A program made the position numbers and the translations under genes. Positions 55,449-64,000 of a stretch of DNA of 64,000 bases are shown here, one piece after another. The stretch is from the NCBI GenBank assembly GCA_963814585.1, contig CAWFDF010000004.1:128001-192000 (forward strand). The letters are read 5' to 3'. The notes under the pieces were generated by a model. The model did not search any database. It was not told the origin of the DNA and saw only the letters and a list, made by a program, of their open reading frames with translations. This DNA comes from an uncultured delta proteobacterium. Lineage in GTDB: Bacteria; Myxococcota; Myxococcia; Myxococcales; Anaeromyxobacteraceae. How positions within the stretch are numbered: the stretch's first letter is position 1; the number at the start of each line of letters is the position of its first letter.

Positions 55449-55748
55449 ATGCCGGTCGGACGAGGGTCGGGGGCGAAGGTGGCGACGGCGCGGGCGGTGG
55501 CGGTCGAGCGGACGGGCGAGGGCGCTGCGCCCCTCCCCTGCGACGACGTCGATCCCTCCTTCCACCGCGCCATCCTCAAGATCGCGCTGGAGCTGAAGAA
55601 ACCCACCTCGCTCAGCTACGACCAGGTCGTGGCCGCCACCATCCAGTCGATGCGGCTCGACGCCGCCGCCTTCCGCCGCTACCTCGGCGAGAACGGCGCG
55701 CGCAACATGGGGCTCCTGCTCGCCACGGCACGCGGCGGGGGGCTGTAG
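55449..55748 (+). CDS. Small hypothetical protein (99 aa)
   Basis: GGGAGG RBS, ATG at 55449, GC3-biased codons, upstream promoter. Confidence 0.65.
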   Translation: MPVGRGSGAKVATARAVAVERTGEGAAPLPCDDVDPSFHRAILKIALELKKPTSLSYDQVVAATIQSMRLDAAAFRRYLGENGARNMGLLLATARGGGL

Positions 55749-55836
55749 GAACTTTTCACGGGCGCCCGCCCGATGGTCGGGGCTGGTCGGGGCGGGGCGG
55801 TGGAGGAATGGTCGGGGCGGGCGTCCGTGGCCCTTT

Positions 55837-56700
55837 TCACGTCGAGTCCCTGTGGGCCGCTGGCGGCGGCCCGAGGGCCCGCTCCAGCGCCGACCACTCG
55901 GCGACCGTGAGCGTCTCGCCGCGCCGGCCGCCGTCGATGCCCGCGGCGGCGAGCGCCGCCTCGAGCCGCTCGGCCGGGGCCATCCGCGACGCCTGGAGCG
56001 CGTTCCTGAGCGTCTTGCGCCGCTGCGCGAAGCCGCCCTTGACCAGCGTGCGGAAGCGCCGGGCGTCGATCACCTCGCAGCCCGGGGCCGGCGGCCGGAA
56101 CAGCGCCAGGATCACCGCCGAGTGGACCCTGGGAGGTGGGAAGAAGGCGCCGGGTGGGACGATCCGCTCGATGGAGACGTCGGCCTCCCGCTGCAGGAAG
56201 ACCGAGAGGATCCCCCAGTCCTTCTGGCCAGGCCGGGCCGCCAGCCGATCGGCCACCTCGCGCTGCACCAGGAAGGTGGCCCGGGCCACCTGGTCGAGCT
56301 GGCCGAGGAGCGAGAAGAGGATGGGCGAGGTGAGGTGGTAGGGCAGGTTGCCCACCACCGACAGCCGCTCGCCGGCGCCGGCCACGGTGGCGTAGTCGAA
56401 GCGGGCGGCGTCGGCCTCCAGCAGCGTGATCCGGTCGCCCAGCTCGCCGCGCAGCACCCGGGCCATGTCGCGGTCGCGCTCCACCGCGGTCACCGCCGCG
56501 CCGCGCGCCAGCAGCCGCGCCGTCAGGTGGCCGAGCCCGGCCCCCAGCTCCACCACCCGGGTCCCGGGCGCCGGCGCCGCCAGCCGGGCGATGTCGTCGA
56601 GCACGGCCTCGTCGCCGAGGAAGTTCTGCCCCCAGCTCTTCTTGGCGCGCAGCTCGTACTTGTCGAGCAGCGCCCGCGGGGACGGGTAGGTGGAGGTCAC
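55837..56700 (-). CDS. rsmA: 16S rRNA m6,2A dimethyltransferase
   Basis: GTG at 56700; KKSWGQNFL, ELGAGLGHLT, VGNLPYHLTSPI, FFPPPRVHS, FAQRRKTLRN. Confidence 0.96.
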   Translation of the reverse strand: MTSTYPSPRALLDKYELRAKKSWGQNFLGDEAVLDDIARLAAPAPGTRVVELGAGLGHLTARLLARGAAVTAVERDRDMARVLRGELGDRITLLEADAARFDYATVAGAGERLSVVGNLPYHLTSPILFSLLGQLDQVARATFLVQREVADRLAARPGQKDWGILSVFLQREADVSIERIVPPGAFFPPPRVHSAVILALFRPPAPGCEVIDARRFRTLVKGGFAQRRKTLRNALQASRMAPAERLEAALAAAGIDGGRRGETLTVAEWSALERALGPPPAAHRDST

Positions 56701-57698
56701 TGGAGGCGCCAGGCCGGATCGGCGTTCAGGTCGGGGCCGGCGCGCAGGCCGCGCTCGAGCGCGTGGGTCCCGGCCACCGCGATCATGGCGGCGTTGTCGG
56801 TGCAGAGCCTCACCGCCGGGACGATCACCTGGAGGTCCTCGTACTCCGACGCCTTCTCGAGCGCCGCCGCCCGCAGCCGGCTGTTGGCGGCCACCCCGCC
56901 GGCCAGCACCAGCTGCGGCAGCTGGAAGCGGCGCGCGGCGCGGAAGGCCTTGTGGATCAGCGCCCCCACGATGGCCTCCTGGTAGCTGGCGCAGAGGTCG
57001 GCCAGCCCCGGCCCCTCCGGGACGCCGTGCTTCCTGACGTGGTGGAGCAGCGCCGTCTTCAGGCCGCTGAAGCTGAAGTCCAGGTCGGCGCCCTTGACGA
57101 TGGCGCGCGGGAACCGGACCGCCAGGCGATCGCCGGTGCGGGCCAGCCGGTCGATGGCCACGCCGCCCGGGTAGGGCAGGCCGAGCAGCTTGGCCCCCTT
57201 GTCGAAGGCCTCGCCGGCCGCGTCGTCGCGGGTGGAGCCGAGCAGCTGGTAGTCGCCGAAGCCGCGCGCCACGTAGAGCGAGGTGTGGCCGCCGGAGACC
57301 ACCAGCCCGAGGAAGGGGAACCGGGGCGGGATCTCGCCGAGGAAGGCCGCCAGCAGGTGCCCCTCCAGGTGGTTCACGCCCACCAGCGGCTTCTCCCACG
57401 CCAGCGCCAGGGCCTTGGCCACCTGCACGCCCACCAGCAGCGCCCCCACCAGCCCCGGGCCGCTGGTCACGGCGATGGCGTCGACCGCCGAGGGGCCGCC
57501 GGCCTCCGACAGCGCCTGGTCGACGACCGGCATCACCTGCACCACGTGGTTGCGGCTGGCCAGCTCCGGCACCACGCCGCCCCAGCGGCGATGGATCTCG
57601 ATCTGCGTCGCCACCACGTCGGAGAGGGCGCGCCGCCCGTCTTCCACCACCGCGGCGGCCGTCTCGTCGCAGCTGGTCTCGATGCCCAGGACCCTCAC
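56697..57698 (-). CDS. tsaD: tRNA N6-threonylcarbamoyltransferase
   Basis: LGIETSCDET, GGVVPELASRNH, HLEGH, VSGGHT, DDAAGEAFDK, CTDNAAMIA. Confidence 0.97.
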   Translation of the reverse strand: MRVLGIETSCDETAAAVVEDGRRALSDVVATQIEIHRRWGGVVPELASRNHVVQVMPVVDQALSEAGGPSAVDAIAVTSGPGLVGALLVGVQVAKALALAWEKPLVGVNHLEGHLLAAFLGEIPPRFPFLGLVVSGGHTSLYVARGFGDYQLLGSTRDDAAGEAFDKGAKLLGLPYPGGVAIDRLARTGDRLAVRFPRAIVKGADLDFSFSGLKTALLHHVRKHGVPEGPGLADLCASYQEAIVGALIHKAFRAARRFQLPQLVLAGGVAANSRLRAAALEKASEYEDLQVIVPAVRLCTDNAAMIAVAGTHALERGLRAGPDLNADPAWRLQ

Positions 57699-57705
57699 GG
57701 GATGC

Positions 57706-59928
<2,223 letters not shown>

Positions 59929-60047
59929 TCGGGGAGCCTTTCGGGGTGCGGCCGGGGGCGCTCGACAACCCGCCGATCACGCCGCACAAAGGCCCATGAG
60001 TCAAGGTAACCGCCGCGCCGGGCGAGGGCCCCCGAGGCGACGCGGTG

Positions 60048-61838
60048 CTACCGCCGCCCCTGCCCCCGGCGCGCCTCCAGCAGCCGGAGCTCCCGCACCG
60101 CGTCGGCGTTGCGCGGGTTGGCCGCCACCGCGGCCCGGAACTGCCGCTCCGCCTCGCCTTCGTTCCGTTCCTCGCGCTCCAGCACGCCGGCGACGAAGTG
60201 GACCCGGTCGTTGCCGGGGCGGGCCAGCGCCGCGCTGATGATCGTGCGGGCCCGGGCCAGGTCCCTGCCGGCCGGGTCGACGATGTAGCTCCAGGCCAGC
60301 GCCGCGCGGTGCTCGGGGCGGGGATTGGCCCGCACCGCCGACTCGAGGAAGCCCCGGGCCCGGGCGAAGTCACGGGTCCGCAGGCAGGCCTCGCCCTTCT
60401 GGAAGTCGATCCGGGCCGCCTCGGCCCGCTGGGGGTCGACCGCCCCGCCACCCCGCAGCGCCGCCAGGTGGGCGGCCCGCTGCTTGTCCTCGGAGAGCAC
60501 CTGGTAGGCCTCGTTCACCGCGGTGAAGAAGGTCCGCACCGTGTCCTGCAGGTCGGCCATGGCCGGCCCGGCGAAGAGGTCGGGGTGGAACTGCCGGGCC
60601 AGCGCCAGGAAGGCCCCCTTCACGTCGTCCCGGCCGGCGGTCTCGGGCAGGCCGAGCCTGGCGAAGAAGCTGGCCTCGCCGGCGCGGGGCGCGATCTGGA
60701 GCAGCGCCTTGCGGAGCGCCACGTCGGCCGGGCTGGCGCCCGCGGAGCGGGCCGGACGCTCGGTCGACCCAGGAACCGGCGTCGCGGCGGGGTCGTCGGG
60801 CGACCGGTTGAACGGCCCGACCCCCATGTTCTGCATCGCCCTGGCCAGCAGCCGCTGCCGGCGCGCCCTGGCCTCGGCGGGATCGCTGCGCTTGAGCGGG
60901 ATGGCCGGCGAGTCGGGCGACGCGGACCCGGAGGGCGCCTGCGAGGGGGCCGGCGTCAGCGGCGGCGCCCCCGGGGCCGGACGGCCCGTGGCCTGGTCGG
61001 CGCGTGGCTGGACGGCGGGAGTCCCGGCGGCGCCGCCCCGGTCGCGTTGCCGCTGCGCGGCCGCCACGCCCGCCAGCGTCAGCCCCGCCCCGGTGTCGCC
61101 GGTCACCCGCGGCGACTCGGTCGCGGGCACCGCCAGGCCGAGCAGGAGCAGGCCCGCCAGGATGGCGCGCCCCCGCTCCGGCCCCACCCCGTCCTCGGCG
61201 CCGAAGAAGAACTCGAGCGAGAGGGGGTGCTCCAGCCGGGCCACCAGCTGGCGCTCGAAGCGGTCCCAGCCGAACCCGGGTGCCACCTCGGCATAGCCGG
61301 AGGCCAGGCGAACCCCGCCCAGCGCCACCGGTCGCAGCGCCGAGGTCACCAGCTCGCCCGCCTGGGGCCGCTCCAGCGCGTCGATGATGGAGCGGAGCGG
61401 CGAGATGTGGATGCCCAGCGTCCACTCCGGCACCGGCTGGCTGGCGTCGAAGGCGAAGCGCCCCTCGTCGAGGGCGGCGATGGCGGAGAGGTAGCCGGTC
61501 TGCTGCTCGGAGAGGGCCGCCTCCACGTCCTGGCGCGACACCACCCCCATCTCGACCAGCAGCTCCCCCTGCGGCCGGCGCCGGGTGGCCAGCTCGGCCA
61601 GGCTCCGCGAGAGGGCGTCGACGTCGATCTTGCCCGACTGCAGGAGCAGCAGGCCGAGGGGCCGGAAGCCGGTGGCGACCTGGGCTCCGGCCGGCTGTCC
61701 GGAGCGGAACCAGAGGCGCGAGGTCCCGCCGCCGTGGGCCACCTCCAGCACGCCGTCGGCGCGCTGGTTGAGCAGCTCGAGCAGGAGCGCCGCCAGCGGC
61801 GTGTGGGAGAGATCTCCGGGCTGATCGAGGAGGCCCAT
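60048..61838 (-). CDS. DUF4388-type, J-domain and TPR protein
   Basis: ATG at 61838; GDLSHTPLAALL N-terminus; J-domain with LARQFHPD...VNEAYQVLS; C-terminal TPRs. Confidence 0.82.
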   Translation of the reverse strand: MGLLDQPGDLSHTPLAALLLELLNQRADGVLEVAHGGGTSRLWFRSGQPAGAQVATGFRPLGLLLLQSGKIDVDALSRSLAELATRRRPQGELLVEMGVVSRQDVEAALSEQQTGYLSAIAALDEGRFAFDASQPVPEWTLGIHISPLRSIIDALERPQAGELVTSALRPVALGGVRLASGYAEVAPGFGWDRFERQLVARLEHPLSLEFFFGAEDGVGPERGRAILAGLLLLGLAVPATESPRVTGDTGAGLTLAGVAAAQRQRDRGGAAGTPAVQPRADQATGRPAPGAPPLTPAPSQAPSGSASPDSPAIPLKRSDPAEARARRQRLLARAMQNMGVGPFNRSPDDPAATPVPGSTERPARSAGASPADVALRKALLQIAPRAGEASFFARLGLPETAGRDDVKGAFLALARQFHPDLFAGPAMADLQDTVRTFFTAVNEAYQVLSEDKQRAAHLAALRGGGAVDPQRAEAARIDFQKGEACLRTRDFARARGFLESAVRANPRPEHRAALAWSYIVDPAGRDLARARTIISAALARPGNDRVHFVAGVLEREERNEGEAERQFRAAVAANPRNADAVRELRLLEARRGQGRR

Positions 61839-62134
61839 CAGCCGCCATCCTATATCAGCCTCCGCGGGGATCGTGTGAAACGCAGCGTAGATCGCCACGC
61901 CGACCGCGACCGCGACCACGAGGCCGAGGCTCCGCGGGCCGGGGAGCATGGGGATGGCCACCAGCCTCCCGCGCCGGGCGTCGAGCGGCACCGGTGGCCG
62001 GCCGGGCACGGCCTCCACCGGGCGGCGGCCCGGACGCCGGCGCGCCTCGGCGAGGCCCTCGTCGCCGCGCCCGGCCAGCGGTTTGACCGGGGCTGGAGCC
62101 GCGATTAGTGTCGCCCGACCGTGGGGGTTTTCGC

Positions 62135-62905
62135 ATGCGCATCACCGTGGCCGGCACCACCGACGTCGGGCGGAAGCGGGCTCACAACGAGGACGCCTTC
62201 CTGCTGCTCCCCGAGGAGCAGCTCTACGGCGTGGCCGACGGCATGGGCGGTCACGCCTCCGGCGAGGTGGCCTCGCGCATCGCCGTCGAGGAGCTGGCCG
62301 AGTTCTTCCGGCTGACCGGGCGCGACGAGGAGGCCACCTGGCCCTTCGCCGACGAGCCGGGGCGTCGGCTCGACGAGAACCGGCTGCTCACCGGGGTCCG
62401 GCTCGCCAACCTGCGCATCCTCGAGCGGGCCTCCACCGACGAGCGGCTACGTGGCATGGGCACCACGCTGGTCTGCGCCCACTTCGACAAGGCCGTCGAG
62501 TCGGTGATCATCGCCCACGTCGGCGACAGCCGCGCCTACCTGGTGCGCCAGGGCGCCATCCGCCAGCTCACCGTGGACCACTCCCTCCTCAACGACTACC
62601 TGCGGGCCCGCCAGCTCACGCCGGAGGAGATCGAGAACTTCCCGCACAAGAACGTCATCGTGCGGGCGCTGGGCATGAAGGATCAGGTGGAGGTCGACCT
62701 GCTGCGCGAGCCGCTGCGGCCCGGCGACGTGATCCTGCTCTGCTGCGACGGCCTCTCCGGCATGGTGCCCGACGAGCAGATCGCCGAGCTCATCCGGCAG
62801 CACCAGCGGGACCTGAAGGCGGCGGCCCAGGCGCTGGTGGACGCGGCCAATGCCGCGGGCGGCGTGGACAACATCACCTGCGTGCTGGCGCAGGCGAACG
62901 ACTGA
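62135..62905 (+). CDS. PP2C-family Ser/Thr phosphatase (Pph1/Stp1-like)
   Basis: TDVGRKRAHNED, VADGMGGH, MGTT, HVGDSRAY, LLCCDGL, GGVDNIT. Confidence 0.94.
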   Translation: MRITVAGTTDVGRKRAHNEDAFLLLPEEQLYGVADGMGGHASGEVASRIAVEELAEFFRLTGRDEEATWPFADEPGRRLDENRLLTGVRLANLRILERASTDERLRGMGTTLVCAHFDKAVESVIIAHVGDSRAYLVRQGAIRQLTVDHSLLNDYLRARQLTPEEIENFPHKNVIVRALGMKDQVEVDLLREPLRPGDVILLCCDGLSGMVPDEQIAELIRQHQRDLKAAAQALVDAANAAGGVDNITCVLAQAND

Positions 62906-62926
62906 GACCCGGGCCAGGAGCGGACC

Positions 62927-63709
62927 ATGAGCGAGGTGGGCTGGTACTACGACGGCGGTGGGCAGCAGGCGGGCCCGGTGGGCCAGGCGGAGCTGGCCGA
63001 GCTGATCCGCTCCGGCCGGATGGCCCCGGGGACGCGGGTCTGGAGGGCGGGCCTGGCGGGCTGGGTCGCGTGGGAGACGGTCCCCGAGCTGGCGTCGCTG
63101 CCCGCCGGTCCACCGCCGCTCTCCTCCTCGCCGGCCGGCACCCCGCCCCTTCCGCCGCCGGGATGGGGCCCGGCCCCCGGCACGCCAGGTCCGGGAGCGC
63201 CTCCCTTCTCCGGCAACAGCTACGCCGCCGACGTGCTCACCGGCGCCGGGGCCGGCGCGCTCTATCCGAAGGCGCCGCTTGGCGCCCGCTTCCTGGCGGC
63301 GCTGGTCGACACCCTGATCACCATGCCGGCCGTCCTGCTCTGGGTCCTCGCGGTGGCGGCCTTCGCCTCGGACGCCACGGCCTTCGGCGTCGTGCTGTCG
63401 ATCGCCGCCGTGGCCGGGAGCATCTGGGCGCTCTACTACGCCTTCACCAAGGACGGCCGGCCCGGCGGCCAGGGCATCGGCAAGAAGATGATGGGGCTGA
63501 TGGTCGTCCACCTCCCGTCGAACCAGCCGTGCACCAGGAGCCAGTCGGCGCTCCGCTACCTGGTGATGTTCCTGCTCAACCTGGTGCCCTACGTCGGCTG
63601 GCTGATCGAGCCCATCGTGCTGCTGGCCGCGGCGGGAGGCCGCCGGCTGGGCGACACGGCCGCCGGGACGCAGGTGATCAAGGTCACCGACTTCAAGCCT
63701 CACCGCTGA
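62927..63709 (+). CDS. GYF_2-domain RDD-family membrane protein
   Basis: WYY...QQAGPV...T.VWRAGLAGW (GYF_2), then RFLAALVD, GQGIGKKMMGL, RRLGD.AAGTQV (RDD). Confidence 0.85.
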   Translation: MSEVGWYYDGGGQQAGPVGQAELAELIRSGRMAPGTRVWRAGLAGWVAWETVPELASLPAGPPPLSSSPAGTPPLPPPGWGPAPGTPGPGAPPFSGNSYAADVLTGAGAGALYPKAPLGARFLAALVDTLITMPAVLLWVLAVAAFASDATAFGVVLSIAAVAGSIWALYYAFTKDGRPGGQGIGKKMMGLMVVHLPSNQPCTRSQSALRYLVMFLLNLVPYVGWLIEPIVLLAAAGGRRLGDTAAGTQVIKVTDFKPHR

Positions 63710-64000
63710 CGCCCGGCGACTGGCCCGGCCCGCCCACCCTCCAGCGGACCCAGAGCCCCGCCACCCACGCCGGCGCCGCCACCTGCAGCGCCCAGCCGAG
63801 CCCGCCGATGGCGCCCCCGATGGCCCGGCACTGCTCCAGCAAGCCCAGGGCGCGGAGCATGTTCCACCAGTCGTGGCCGTCGGCGTCGGCGTTGATCAAC
63901 GGCAGCGCGCGGGCCTGGGCGTCGGCGGCGTACTGGCCCACGTGGACCAGGTTGACGCCGAGCCAGACCACCGCCACGGCGAGCGAGGCAGGCTGCCGCC
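63693..64000 (-). CDS. Membrane protein, 3' part (5' end beyond the window)
   Basis: Open frame to the window end; YAADAQARALPL...GHDWWNML motif plus TMs. Confidence 0.6.
   Translation of the reverse strand, partial: RQPASLAVAVVWLGVNLVHVGQYAADAQARALPLINADADGHDWWNMLRALGLLEQCRAIGGAIGGLGWALQVAAPAWVAGLWVRWRVGGPGQSPGVSGEA

Overview
Very GC-rich chromosomal DNA from an Anaeromyxobacter-like myxobacterium (Myxococcota), judged from gene content and synteny with the Myxococcus xanthus pil region. The first ~42 kb is a full type IVa pilus (T4aP) supercluster. It runs tamB-like (partial), an ExeA-type ATPase, SgmX-like TPR protein, accC, accB, efp, mglC, a lipoprotein, pilQPONM, an XRE-HTH gene, pilR2, an STT3/AglB-like oligosaccharyltransferase, pilS2 and pilD; then, on the opposite strand, pilA, pilG, pilI, pilH, fimU, pilV, pilW, pilX and pilY1; then pilR, pilS, pilC, pilT, pilB and ribF. 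The rest is housekeeping and signalling: acnA, an S1-domain protein, GTP-PEPCK, smpB, panC, panB, a deoxynucleoside kinase, rsmA, tsaD, two DUF4388-type signalling proteins, a PP2C phosphatase and an RDD protein. The most notable item is an archaeal-type AglB/STT3 oligosaccharyltransferase gene wedged between pilS2 and pilR2. It keeps the metal-site motifs but has a degenerate WWDYG motif, suggesting a pilus-linked protein glycosylation system. pilQ, pilS, pilC, pilT and pilB carry frameshifts, most likely assembly errors. No rRNA, tRNA, CRISPR array or mobile element was recognised. All calls come from motif recognition and recalled synteny; no database searches were run.
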